DNA of 63,016 nucleotides, filler included, from Asterionella formosa (lineage: Eukaryota): assembly GCA_002256025.1 (NCBI GenBank). It is 4 parts of 4 records of this genome, joined end to end, with 100 filler letters (N's around TTAATTAATTAA, not from the genome) between each part and the next. Parts side by side here need not be neighbours in the genome. Positions count along the whole stretch, not along the records: positions 20,594 to 41,076 come from NKIB01003343.1; positions 41,177 to 42,436 come from NKIB01003345.1; positions 42,537 to 63,016 come from NKIB01003346.1; 1 more part is not named here. The stretch is one strand, 5' to 3'. The notes under the pieces were generated by a model, which ran no database searches, was not told the DNA's origin, and worked only from the letters and a program-made list of their open reading frames with translations. Positions 35,430-47,494 of this stretch are shown here, in pieces; within the stretch, counting starts at the first letter, position 1; each line of letters starts with the position of its first letter. A program made the position numbers and the translations under genes.

Positions 35430-35808
35430 ATAATCAACTTTGTCAACATCAATGTCAATAACCTCCTTATGGACAATGACATCAAGACAGGTAAAGCATG
35501 CCACTCCAACTTCATGTTCGCTCTTTCGTCTCACAGAAATACCTCCCAATGTATTTGGAGGCAAAGGTCTTTAATTGCCTCCCAATAAACCCAACACGAC
35601 AACAAGCCTTGCTATCCTCTCTTGAACCCTCCCCATTGTCTCTTAAGAACAAAGCAACTTTAAGCGCAGTCTTGTCATCAGCAATGATAACTTCTTGAAA
35701 CCCAATGATGTTCCCTGACACGCCATCGCGTCCACAGACATGGTGGATATCACATGTACGCCTATTGTGATTGACCTTGAGGCACAAGACTTGCCCATCA
35801 ATTTTCAT
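35430..35808 (-). pseudogene. Remnant of a small Cys/His protein (RxCxxHxxCG...CRVGF) of a type I associate with diatom repeats
   Basis: RRTCDIHHVCG and CCRVGFIG in ORF 35512-35808, in an AT-rich, decayed context. The family association is from memory only. Confidence 0.35.
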
Positions 35809-36208
35809 TTACATGTTGCCAAATTTCATTAGCAAAGCTTTTTACTCTTGTTTGTTGCATTTGTAGTCAGCCGATCTTGAATATCACATACCAGTCCAGA
35901 TAGAAATAAAACACTATGCTCGCTAGCGAAATTCAAGTAAATTCAATTGTCCTCATAATGCACATGTATCCCTATTTAGTGTTGTACTCGCCCAAATATA
36001 CTATTATAACCAACTCACCCATTGCCTGCACCATTACGCATAGAAAATGCATATTGCGTTCACAGTGGGGTTCGCATAAGTGCATGGAACGAGCCGGCTT
36101 ATTCGCTTAGCTGGTTGCAAATATGCCGGAACAGAGGGAGTAGTTGACAGTGCAAACTGAAGTACTGCAATAAGTTATATTGAGGTCATTAGCAGGCTTG
36201 GATTTTTA

Positions 36209-36504
36209 GGAGTAGTGAGGAAAACCAAGAAGTCCCAGCATCCCTGTTACTATCACCTCAGATCATCCTGCAATTGAGGATGGCCTATTAAAATTGTCCA
36301 TTCTAAACAGCATATCAAGGAAAACAAACAAACCCTCCTTAGTAGTACTACCATCTCAGAACATCCCGCAATTGCGCATTACCAATTAAAATTGTCCTAT
36401 TCTTTATGAGTAGCGAGGAAAATCATTAAGTCCCTGCATCCTTGGCACAATCACCTCAGAGTATCCTGACATTTTGCATTGCCTATTTAAATTTTCCTAT
36501 TCTA
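36209..36504. repeat. Three degenerate tandem units of about 100 bp abutting the YeeE/YedE stop codon
   Basis: CTCAGA..ATCC..AATT...TTAAAATTGTCC(T)ATTCT-like sequence recurs three times, and GAGTAGYGAGGAAAA twice (36209, 36408). Confidence 0.7.
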
Positions 36505-37597
36505 TAAATTCCAAATTTTGTGCTGCCGCCTTCTCTTTCAAGGATTGAGCCAAATAAGAGCCTACCCAAAATGATGGCCACCATCGATAGATGGCAAGAG
36601 TTGATCCTGTTGCGGCATGGAAGATGGCAGGCCCAGGGCAAAGGCCAGCAATACCCCAACCAATGCCAAATACTGCACTTCCTAGAATTAACTGGCAATC
36701 GATTGTTGTGTTCTTAGGAACACAGAACTTTCCTGTTTGGTCGCAAACCTTATTCATTGCAAGAGGACAGTTTATGGTATTGTGGCTCTTCACGAAATTG
36801 TGTCCCTGAACCATTTGATAACTCAAGAAACTTATAAAAACTCCACCTCCCATAACCGTTATCAGAGTAGGATCAAAAGAACCATCTGAAATACCGGATA
36901 GGTTAAGGAAGCCAAATATCTTGGCTGGAAAGACCATGCCACTCTTGAAAAGCCCTGTTGCGAAAAGTGCGCCGGAAACCATAGAAGGCAAAATTTTGCG
37001 ATTATAATTCGATTGAGTAGGTTCTGTAACTTCCTTTCCAGAATTCGCTCGAGAATGTAAAAAGGCTGCCAGGATTGCTAGACCAGTAACAGCGTAGCCC
37101 GCTGAGCTTTCGAAGGCTGGAGCTTGCCCGGATCGTAGAAATTCAGTTTGACTCAAGAGAGGGCCCGTCATAAGAAAGCTGGTGGTGAAAGCTGTTGCCA
37201 TAAACGAGGCAACGGCGACAAAGGACCTCTTGCTCAAGCGAGCCAGTCCGCAGATACCGTGGCCTGATGTGCAGCCGTTGCCGAGTTTGGTGCCGAACCC
37301 GACCAAAAGACCTCCAATTGTGTATCCCAGCGGCGAAACCAATGGAGGGAGTTGCATCAGAGGGCTTGAAACAGCGGAATTTCCCATGAATATTTGAGTG
37401 GTCAGGAGAAAAGATGCCATGAATACAGTTTTCCAGAGCAACGAAGGATCGTGAAGAGTCTTTCTTGGTTGGAGCAAGATTTGTGAGATGATTCCACTGG
37501 CCCCAAGAATATCGCCATTGAAAAGCAGCAGATTAGCGGCGGAGAGACCGATCAGTGAGCCTCCAATGAGGCCTTGTAGAGGTGTGAAGATTGACAT
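36497..37597 (-). CDS. YeeE/YedE-family (thiosulfate/sulfur-compound transporter) membrane protein with two fused halves
   Basis: Motifs GLIGGSLIGLSA..LLFNGDILGASG, GTKLGNGCTSGHGICGLARLSKRS, SGMVFPAKIFGFL..FDPTL and FGIGWGIAGLCPGP. Multiple TM segments, no introns. Confidence 0.92.
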   Translation of the reverse strand: MSIFTPLQGLIGGSLIGLSAANLLLFNGDILGASGIISQILLQPRKTLHDPSLLWKTVFMASFLLTTQIFMGNSAVSSPLMQLPPLVSPLGYTIGGLLVGFGTKLGNGCTSGHGICGLARLSKRSFVAVASFMATAFTTSFLMTGPLLSQTEFLRSGQAPAFESSAGYAVTGLAILAAFLHSRANSGKEVTEPTQSNYNRKILPSMVSGALFATGLFKSGMVFPAKIFGFLNLSGISDGSFDPTLITVMGGGVFISFLSYQMVQGHNFVKSHNTINCPLAMNKVCDQTGKFCVPKNTTIDCQLILGSAVFGIGWGIAGLCPGPAIFHAATGSTLAIYRWWPSFWVGSYLAQSLKEKAAAQNLEFIE

Positions 37598-39281
37598 GTT
37601 TGAGTTTCCGTTCTTGCGTCGTTTTCTTTTCTTTGCTTTGTGATCCTTGTTGTCTGTGATGCTTCGTAAAAATCACAGATGATGCTTTTGTGGCCTTCCT
37701 TTGACGATGATGAGGATGACGTCAAAAAAGCCTATGCCAGTGGTAGAATTTGTATCTGTATGTACCAGTAAACAATAGCTACGATAAAAGCCGGAGAAAT
37801 TTTTTACCCGATACGGCATGCAAACCAGTCAGTACATGGTCCTGGTAATTAACGAAGAGAGGCCGTTCTTTCAATTTCTCCGCCCATGTTCTTACAGTCG
37901 CATGCATACCGGTATACATACTGTAAGGCATGCTGTACAGTCCTGTAAATGCATGGAATCTATTCTGAATTTCTATGCGTCATCGCAGGGAGTTCTGGGA
38001 AAGTCCGAATATTGCGAATATTTGTCCGTAAATATATATTACGGTACCTGGTACCATGATACCGTAGATGTAGGAAAGATAGTAAGTATACTAGTTCTAC
38101 ACAATTAGCCACGTTTCGATAAATCGAAAAAAGCAAGGACCCCTCGCCTATAGGTGGTACCAGGTACCAGGTACCAGCACCGCACATCGCAAGCAGCTAC
38201 CGGTATGTACGTGTATATATTAAGGTTCCTGCAATTGACACACTAGCTCGAGGTAGGGTTTAAAAAATAATATTGAGTCAGACTAATCAGACACGTACTT
38301 TTCACCTCTAAAATAGATCTGTAGAACGCTCAACGGAGCGTTCACAATTACGCAACTTTTCCATATATGCTTTCGTACAGTCTTTTGGTGTACATAAGTC
38401 AACTCAATATTTCGACAGGATATAAGATAGGATCTGGTGAGAAAGTGGGCACACTTCGAAATTAAAAAAAATTTTATTATGTGTATTATAACATAAATTA
38501 CTGTACTGATAACCCCAAAATTTGGTCAACACAAACAAAAATTTTATACTGTTAGAAATAACAGTGCAAACTACAAAACAGTAAATTTTGTATTTTTTGT
38601 ACTTTTTGGTGCCAGTTAAATCTTTGCAGGCCAAAATTTAGTAGATGCAAATGTTCCAAAAGAAATGGCAACATTGCAGGGAGGTTGAGGTACTTGAAAT
38701 TGCTTCGAAGGTTAGTTGTTGAGTTATCATACATGGGGAACCACTGGTAGCAACAGCGGGAAACCCACCACTAACGGAGAGCAAACAAGATCTACTAAGA
38801 AAGGCAGCAGGGGCAAGCAAACTGACTCCATGATGCCAAAAATGGCCACACACGTCTGCAAATAGAAAACATCTAATTTGTGTGATGCATCTTTTAATGG
38901 GGATCATATGATCATATAAATTCGATTTATCATCAAATATAAATAATATTTATCGTCATGTAGAATATTGTATGTATATATATATCGATACATGCATTTT
39001 TGTATGTATACCACCATCACTGGCTGCAAACATCAAAAACCGCTCAATCTGAACTTGAATCATTCGTGTTGCATGAGAAAGACAGTCGTACATGGGTTTA
39101 TGTACATATCTGCTGTAGCAATCTATAGTTTAGAAGACATGATAGATACTCATATATGTATACAGACAAGGTGACGACATTGGTATCGTCTATTGGTGAT
39201 AGAGGGGATGCAATAACACGTTGTTCTCGTACATACAAGGTGACATTGATATCCATTGTCACCTCTTACTTAGGTTAGACT

Positions 39282-39586
39282 AAAAGTAAGATCAAACGAG
39301 CTAAAAGTTGTTACCTGTGATCTTATTTATTGGTAATCATATCTAACCAGAAAGTATGATCTGTAATTTTTTAGTAGTAAGATATATTCATGTTGAAAGT
39401 AAGATAAAAAAGCTAAAAATTGTTATCTGTGATCTTATTTATTGACAATCGTATCTAGCCAAAGTATGATCTGTAATTTTTAGTAGTAAGATATATTCAT
39501 GTTAAAATTAAGATCAAAAAAGCTAAAAATTGTCATTTGTGATCCTATTTATTGGCAATCATTTCTAACCAGGAGGTATGATCTGT
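39282..39586. repeat. Tandem repeat of about 118 bp, about 2.6 copies
   Basis: TAAGAT..AGCTAAAA.TTGT..TGTGATC.TATTTATTG..AATC..TCTA.CC..GTATGATCTGT recurs at about 39286, 39400 and 39508. Confidence 0.9.
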
Positions 39587-40557
39587 GAATCATAAAGATT
39601 GATTCGAGCGATTCATCTACTGGTTAATATTATTATATGATTTGTACCATCTAAAAATTTCGTATGACTCCCGCTAATTGAGGGACTTAAATGAATTACT
39701 TACTTGTAGGTACAAGAATTGACGCGGAAAAATTCAAAGACAGTACATCAGGTCATGGAAAACAATGATATCCTCATGCATTGTATATATTTGAATTATG
39801 TATAAGCTTAATTGATGATAGTGTCAAATTTTTTTAATGTTTACATAGCCTATACATTTGAAATCATGTTTAGAGTTTCCTTGTTATGCCTACCGGTATG
39901 ACATAATCCTGAAATGAAAGATAATCTCTGCCCTGTGACAATGAAAGCTGAAAGAACGATGCTTCAACACACACAATGATGATAAACCTTGCGGCTTAGA
40001 AGGATTGAAAATGGACAAGAGTGAACTGAATCTAGCTATGGAATGTCAAGAGTACATGCCAAGGTGATCAATTGTTGTGTTCACAAAGATTAAATGATTG
40101 CCTCCTTCCCTAGCAATTCAAAAGCACATTTCGCATTCAGCAGTATACCACCAATGTCGACCAAAAACTTGTAAATGCTCTTGTAGGATCAATGATCCGC
40201 TGTCAGAACATCACTGACACATGTATTTTTTTCAATTTTTCAGGATAATTTTAATCAATGATTTTTGTTGTAAGTTATGAATGACATTGGTGGAACGGTT
40301 TATTGATTTATACTTATGTCATGATCATTGACTGACACATTATTTTACTGAATTATGCGAAAAGTTCATCGATTTCTGGTAAGTGGAGCATGCTAAAATG
40401 GGACTGCAGTGACGAGACATAAACAAAACATGGCTAATGAGCGAGTAGTTCCTTCTCATTGTTCTTATGATTAGGAAATCAAAATAGATAAAACAGAATC
40501 GGATCGAAAGGAAATGGGATTTGCAGCATGGATTCAGATGAGTTTCAGAATCTGAGT

Positions 40558-40773
40558 GGAAGGGAGGCGGGAGGCATGCATCAAGAGTTTTGAAGGCAGT
40601 ATGCAATGCATCCTCAAGAGCATTGAAGGGAAGCGGGGGAGAGGCAGGCATCCTCAAGAGCATTCAAGGGAATCGGGAGGCATGTATCCTCAAGAGCATT
40701 GAAGGGAGTTGGGGGAGGCATGCATCCTCACAAGCATTGAAGGGAGGCAGGAGGCATGCATCAAGAGCATTGA
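40558..40773. repeat. Purine-rich minisatellite of about 30-35-bp units (GAAGGGA..GGGAGGCATGCATCCTCAAGAGCATT), 6-7 copies
   Basis: Directly visible head-to-tail units with small indels and no unique spacers. Confidence 0.9.
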
Positions 40774-42620
40774 GACAAGAATCGAAAAGGGGAACATTGG
40801 CTGTTTAACCACACAAAATGTAGAAACATAAAAAAATGATTTCGTGATATAACAGTAAAATTACAATCCATTTCAACCTATTTTTAACAGCTATTTCGAT
40901 TAGAGTTACCATTATATAAGGCAGGATAGGTATATGATAAAAGAATATGATACATCATAGGATAATGTTTTGATAATTATATGGTGGTTTGATTATTATG
41001 GTAAGCTTAGCCTGTTCACTTTCATAGTATGCATTTATCATACATATACATCTGAGCCGCGAAATACGCCACTTTTNNNNNNNNNNNNNNNNNNNNNNNN
41101 NNNNNNNNNNNNNNNNNNNNTTAATTAATTAANNNNNNNNNNNNNNNNNNNNNNNNNNNNNNNNNNNNNNNNNNNNGTTACTTCCATAAGATTGACGACC
41201 ATCAGGGACTGGCGATCGATGTTGATTGCGTGGGGGTCCCGCCGACTCCATTTGAGTGACAGCGAGCTTCTCGTTCGTTCTATTGGAGTTCTTTCAGTAC
41301 ACGTGCTCTTCCTTTCTCGGTATTACAGACCTTGCATCTCCTCTGCGAAAAGGGCGTTGGGTAAGGAATTGGATTGGCAGCGGCTGAGTTTTATAAAGGT
41401 TGATTAACTCAATGGATCTGCTTAGCCTGAAAAATGCCGAGCGGTTTTGTCACAGAGGATGTTTAATACCTGGCTTCTTGGCATATAATGAGGAGGCTAG
41501 TGTACCTACCTGGTACAGCGTGTGGCTGGGGTTGCTTGCTTTGATGCTAGTGTACCGGTAGTATCGAACATGGTACCCTGGTACTCCGGGGTAGCAAATG
41601 ATACATTTACTACCGGTATAGAGAATTTGCGTAGAGGACTATCTTATATATGTATGCCTGTCGTCCATAATTACCAGGTACTGAAAACATACTACATAGC
41701 GGTACTGGTATATTTCTGCACATTGGAAATGCCTGCGTATGTTGTGCCGTCATTAAACGATGATCAGCAGGCTGTCCACCATCAGGCGATGCATGGTGCC
41801 GGTGGGATGCATGCATTAATTAAACAAACGAACGAATTAATGAAATTGCTTTGCGGTAATCCAGACCGGAATATGCATGAATGTTTAAAAAAATATATTT
41901 ACTCTACGGTACCTGGTACTGTATTACCGGCACATACCAAAGTCGTTTACGGTACCGGGTACATTTCCTCTGTTCGGGTACCCAGTGCCACGTAAGCACA
42001 AGGATGCGAACGCACCAAATTCTGATTTGTGTGTGCGGAGTAGTAAAAAGCATGCACAAGACACAATTAATCATCATCAGACATCTACCGGACACTTACG
42101 CTGATTTTCGTAGAAATGTTCGGACAGTAGGCCGGTTTTTCAACCGAAGTCTGAACTTCCGTTCATTCCCATTTTATAATTTAACACGGTATATCTAGTA
42201 CTACTATGTTGAACTTGGAGTGAAGTTTGATCATTTGAGGGAAATATCGGACGAACGGCCGTTTTTTTCTGGTAGCTGTTTTCTCGTGGAATTTTACATA
42301 TGTAGTAGATGTCTTGATGGAATCTGTGTTTATGCACTTCGATGCAAATTACGTAAGTATCATGTGTGAATGGGCAATTGTCAACTATCGTACTGGTATC
42401 CTAGGAACCAGCGTCACCAAGCAAAAAGGCAAGGACNNNNNNNNNNNNNNNNNNNNNNNNNNNNNNNNNNNNNNNNNNNNTTAATTAATTAANNNNNNNN
42501 NNNNNNNNNNNNNNNNNNNNNNNNNNNNNNNNNNNNAACAAATGGCTTGCTAGAGAGCATGAACGACAGAAATGCAAAACATCAATAAAATAGAGCTTCA
42601 TTTAGCAGCCATTGAACACC

Positions 42621-43619
42621 ATGAATGATGAAATGTCGGACCGTCGACTCCTCGAAGCTGCCTCGTCAAGCGAGGATGACTCCTCTGACGACGAGGAGGA
42701 AGAAGAAGAAATGGAAGTGCGTTATGATAATATCAAGTCTCTTGACGACCTCCCTTCAGATGACAGCGCTTCATTAGTGAGCAACGATGAAGACGTTGAT
42801 GATGACCAAGAAACTACTGCATTTGGAAGCCATATCCACAATGACGAGCAAGAAGTGACTGTTGCGGAACGAGTTGAGAAACAACGACAAGTCGGAATCG
42901 ATAAATCTCTGCGGTCTGCAAAACAAGGCCGTAAATCAGCTGCTGTGGCTGCTGCCAAGGCTGCCATCAAGAAGCGACGGGTCGAGGAAGACCAGCACCC
43001 TTCTAGTAAAAAATCCAAGCATGCTCCGACCGAAGCATCCTCCACTAGATCCGCTTTTTACAGTCGTGGGGCGCCACTCCTGAATTCAAGTGGAATTGGT
43101 GTGGAAATAGGAGCGCACAAGTACAAACCGCGAGATCCGCGCATGTCGAGTATGACTGGCCATTTGGATGAACAGCACTTTGCTCACAATTATGAATTTA
43201 TTCAAGAGATGCGGGCTGCTGAAATTGAAAAGTTGAAACAGAGAATCTCTGTACGGAAAGCGACAGGAAAGAAAGGACAAAAGGCGAGAAAGAGAATAGG
43301 CTTAACTAACGAAGATACTACAATTGAGGATGACAAGGCGGAACTTCTTCGACTTTCACAGGAAATGAAAGAATGGGAGCGATCGCAAGTCGTACGAGAG
43401 GCCAAGCAATCGGTGAATCGTAAGTTGCGACAAGAAGTGGAATCCGGTCAACGAGGCGCCTATCACGTCCGGCGCAAGGACCGTAAGAAGTTGGAGTTGG
43501 AGGCCAAATTCGATGTCTTGCGAAAGAAAGGAGGTGACAAGGCAGTGGATAAGGTGTTGGAGAAAAAGCGAAAGAAAAACAAGTCAAAGGATACTAGTTT
43601 GATGAAGGTGAATTTATAG
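42621..43619 (+). CDS. RRP36: rRNA biogenesis protein RRP36 (DUF947)
   Basis: Acidic N-terminus, KHAPTEASS, PRDPRM..HFAHNYEFI, GAYHVRRKDRKKLELEAKFDVL..VDKVLEKKRKKNKSKD. Confidence 0.88.
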   Translation: MNDEMSDRRLLEAASSSEDDSSDDEEEEEEMEVRYDNIKSLDDLPSDDSASLVSNDEDVDDDQETTAFGSHIHNDEQEVTVAERVEKQRQVGIDKSLRSAKQGRKSAAVAAAKAAIKKRRVEEDQHPSSKKSKHAPTEASSTRSAFYSRGAPLLNSSGIGVEIGAHKYKPRDPRMSSMTGHLDEQHFAHNYEFIQEMRAAEIEKLKQRISVRKATGKKGQKARKRIGLTNEDTTIEDDKAELLRLSQEMKEWERSQVVREAKQSVNRKLRQEVESGQRGAYHVRRKDRKKLELEAKFDVLRKKGGDKAVDKVLEKKRKKNKSKDTSLMKVNL

Positions 43620-44005
43620 TTTTCAAAAAGAGTCCAACAACAGTGAAATGACATAACGGTGCTGGTTTCTGTGGAAGTATAGCGAAATTTAGTTTCGGTC
43701 CATGGAATCCTGTACTGAAGTGGATTGCGGTAGTGAAAAACAAATGGCAGGCCTAATAATTACGTACACTCTTTGCCCCTCCGGACTACCGATAGTCTGT
43801 GCCTCGCAAATGGGTCGTGCTTGCGATGAGATTACATTCTTTGGCGCCAAGCACGATTGGTTGTGATAGAGCCAAATGAGAAATTCTTCTTCCCTTATAA
43901 AAGATAATGTAATCTAATAAATTGCAAAAATTATATGATATATTCTATGTAGTCTACTCCTTTTTGTTTTACGCTTTCATGTGGAAATCTTGAAAGTATG
44001 AGCTT

Positions 44006-45316
44006 TTAATTTGAACCGTGCATGCGCTCCCAAATATTGGTGAAAAATTGTTTCCTTGACCCTCTTTTGTTCTTAGAGGCATCGTCGGGTCTTAACTCCT
44101 TGAGTTGTTCCTGAACAGACTCGGGGCATCGACGACATTTGCGCAAGTGATTGTAAATATTACGATCTGAGTTGGCCAATGCAAGAGCATTGATGGAAGA
44201 AGGGAAGTACCTACCGAAACCGGCTTTACCATGGCAGTGCTTACACTCCATGCCGTGAAAGCCAACCCGGAAATCCTTAATCTTACTGCGGCCTCCTTCT
44301 CTGTCTTCTTCGGTAAATTTACAGAGCTGCATTTGATCCATGAGGAGAAAGAGATAGGCGGTAACCAATTCCTTGTCGCTAGGAGTAACAAGCGGAATAG
44401 AAGTGAACGAGATTGGTTGAGCTATCACCAACGATTGAGTGCCGGCATCAACACCAGGTGGACGCACGAAACGGACACCATGAGGAGTATCGACAAGTCC
44501 AATTTCTTTTGCAGCATCTTCCCAGTAGTGCCGACGACCGCCAGCTGCACTTCTTGACGACTGCATCAAATCAATCATGTTCTTCTTGGCCCATCCTGGA
44601 AGTTCGGTGCAGACAGAAGAGTGTCGCCGTTGCCAGGTCTCGATGGAATGATAAATGTTGCGAAGTGAAGATGGGAAACAGGCTGCTCGTTCCGGTCGTC
44701 GCCGGACAGAAAGATGCTTACAATGAAGGCATCGAATCCCGACTTGGCCAACGACGATCTTTCCACCGTGTGACTTTCCGTATCTTGGAGTCGCAAGGTC
44801 GTCTTCTTGAGCCGTAAAGGCTTCGACACAGTACTTGCGCATGAAGCAATGCAAAGGTGACAAGACGTCGTCATCTTGAGGAAGTGCAAGCGAGACACTT
44901 CCTGTGAAAAACACCCCCGGAGATGTCTCATTCCCAAAGAAGCCACTTTCTTCACTTCGGTCGCTGCGAGAATCGATACTACTGATGGAATTTCTTCGTC
45001 GGTCTTCAGTAGGTTGACGCGATTCTTCTGACATGTCACATGCGCTTGGAGAAGCAAAATGACATATTGGAAGTCTCGGATGAAAGGAAAAAGCAGGGGA
45101 AGATGATGGGCCTGGGTCACCAAGAGCAGAAGGGTCGCTCTTGGTAAAATAGGAAGGCATGCTAATGAGAGCAGCTACTGCTTCCATTTCATCAATGCTG
45201 TCGGATTGAGATTGGATGCTGGCACTACCACAACGCCATAACCCTGGAGAATTTGCGAACGGCTTGCGAGCATGTGGTCGGTGAATGAGATGAGTTTGTG
45301 AAAGAGTCGCATTCAT
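44006..45316 (-). CDS. Protein with two related Cys/His domains (putative zinc-binding, unnamed family)
   Basis: Repeat 1: LSPLHCFMRK..VGIRCLHC..FPSSL..RHSSVC. Repeat 2: VTAYLFLLMDQM..GMECKHC..YFPSSI..NHLRKCRRC. Each is followed by a ..(Y/I)W motif. The first ATG is at 45316. Confidence 0.85.
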   Translation of the reverse strand: MNATLSQTHLIHRPHARKPFANSPGLWRCGSASIQSQSDSIDEMEAVAALISMPSYFTKSDPSALGDPGPSSSPAFSFHPRLPICHFASPSACDMSEESRQPTEDRRRNSISSIDSRSDRSEESGFFGNETSPGVFFTGSVSLALPQDDDVLSPLHCFMRKYCVEAFTAQEDDLATPRYGKSHGGKIVVGQVGIRCLHCKHLSVRRRPERAACFPSSLRNIYHSIETWQRRHSSVCTELPGWAKKNMIDLMQSSRSAAGGRRHYWEDAAKEIGLVDTPHGVRFVRPPGVDAGTQSLVIAQPISFTSIPLVTPSDKELVTAYLFLLMDQMQLCKFTEEDREGGRSKIKDFRVGFHGMECKHCHGKAGFGRYFPSSINALALANSDRNIYNHLRKCRRCPESVQEQLKELRPDDASKNKRGSRKQFFTNIWERMHGSN

Positions 45317-46371
45317 TTCTTTAATTCCTTTGTTCTTCTTGTCTTTTGATTTAATAGGAATGCACAATGAAGGGCTCTTGAAAGGTTTGGAATGAAAAAC
45401 CGGTAGTCACCCTGATTCGTTATTGCCTCGAATAAAATGTGGGTAACGGAAATGTATTTTCTTTCGCGGGTCCTCCAACTATACTGCATAAAGATACTAC
45501 CGGTAGTATGATTGTTCGACACTGCTGTTACACCATGGGCACGAGTGAGACTCAAAGCCGCCGGTTGAGTTGTGTTGAAAAGGTGGGTTATGTTACTTAA
45601 CAACGGCTTCCTCGGGTGACTCGTAGTCGTCTCATAGAAAGTCTAGCATGAAACCTTACTTACAGATCGGAAGGCTCAGGGATAGGTCATTATGGTTGCC
45701 GAACGGTTTAAGTACATGTTGGATCTGCATGTTTCAAGATAGTGGGTTTTTTCATGCCGTTCACCTTCTTATCGAATTTATTCGATATGTAGATCTTTCA
45801 ATGATCATTCCCACTTTCATTCGACGTTTTCTGAGTTCATATAATATTAAAGTATGTATTTACATATCCTTCTCCACGAGTCGATATATAAGCAACTGTA
45901 AAATACAAGTCCCACAACATATAATGTGGCAAAGCCGGGAAAGGGGCGGAGTCGACCGCGGTGCACGAAACCACTATTAACCACTCGTACCTCTGTTTGG
46001 ATTGTTGATTACCGGTGTGTGCGTCCCGCTAGCCTACCTTATACACATCATGTATGTAGAATAAAAATGACGAACAGGAGAGGACGAAAAAGAAAATAAG
46101 AAACCAATTCGATTGACTGACATACTGACACCATATTATGGCTTGCTGCTTCCCTAGATATGTATAATAAAGGAAGGAAATGGCTTTTAACAAGAACTTC
46201 TACATCACAGAATACTGTCTCAACTCAAAACAAGCAGAGTTAACCACTTGTGGTAGGATTATGATAGCATAAATGAATAAACAATTCATCAAAGCTGCTA
46301 CTGGTAAAATAGTTTTCATCACATTTATACATGATAAATATATTACTAAACAAAAGAAAAATTGAAACTCA

Positions 46372-46702
46372 CTTATAATGCACTTTCTAGGACCAGAGAG
46401 TTACACATGGAATTCCAAAGCACAGCCTGCCACCAACAAGACCATGTGCTTCCTTAGTTTTGATAGTGTAGTAGGTGAGTCCCCAACCATCTTTTGTGAA
46501 AGGTGATTGTCATAGCTACAGCATTACTAAGTGAAACTCTGACCACCTAGGAAGGTGCCACACTGTTTGTATGGGGGCAGCCCGCTTTTCCTTGCACAAC
46601 AGGCAATACCGTGCAGGACAATGAGGAGTGTGGGAGTTCAACCCAACAATTGCTTCACAACTTCAAATCAAAGGCATGTGCCCAACCAACTGAGCCATTC
46701 CC
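46372..46702 (-). mobile_element. tRNA-derived SINE, family B, copy 3
   Basis: Minus-strand head GGGAATGGCTCAGTTGGTTGGGCAC...TGGGTTGAACTCCCACACTCCT. The body aligns with 29100-29330 (TAGGTGAG.CCCCAACCA, AAAGGTGATT, CCTAGGAAGG, CTTGCACA, ACCGTGC). Confidence 0.8.
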
Positions 46703-47172
46703 TTTTTTCAACAATAAGTCCAAAGTTCATTAAGTCAAATTCAACTACCTACCTCAGTTTCAAAGAGCAATGACTTGCTTACCACTAGTATTGGTAGATG
46801 GTATGATTTATCGTTTTTCTTCTACATAGGTACTGGAACTATCAAGTCTTGACTCTTGACTACTATGTGGTAATAATAAATAGTTATGGCATGCTGGCTG
46901 TGTTGAAACATGAAATTTTCATGTTCCATATTGCTCCTTGAGTGAACAGCCAAACAAATATGGGTAGCAAGTTTGTTATGTAGTATGGGCAGGTATAATC
47001 GTCATTACATAGTAGCTACTCTCCCTTCACTCTCAACCGTCTTAAGATTGTGTACTGGTATGTGCATGTGAAGATAAGAAAACGACCCCGACAGTATATC
47101 GTCATGTACGTGCACTGCTTACCAACAATGAATTCCCGCGCGCCGATCCACAAATCATTCTTAGACACCGCC

Positions 47173-47403
47173 CGGTACGTGGTACCTGGTACCAGTAGTA
47201 AGGCCCATAACAACAGTGCATACATTTATGTGATTACAGTACTACGGTACGTGAGAAAAATGATACCGTTGATCATGCCGGTATGATGTTCGTATCCTTT
47301 TCAGAAGGGTGAGATGCCAATGATTGTCGTTTTATGAACAGGCGGGCATTTTAGTCATAGGCAAAAAGGGTACCAGGTGGTACCAGGTACCTGTACCTGG
47401 TAC
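47173..47403. promoter_or_regulatory. CCWGGTA repeat cluster upstream of PARN
   Basis: GGTACCAGGTGGTACCAGGTACCTGTACCTGGTAC at 47369-47403, about 90 bp before the ATG. The role is inferred. Confidence 0.45.
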
Positions 47404-47494
47404 TTGGAATTGCTGCTCCACAGTTTGGTCAGTCATCGGATCTCTCCTGAACCTTCATTGTCTCTGTTCCTACATTGGTTTTTCATTGACTACC

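Noticed and set aside
40558..40773. CRISPR-like array (also considered for 20411-20493 and 57137-57407)
   Set aside because: Units are head-to-tail without unique spacers, there are no cas genes, and the context is eukaryotic.
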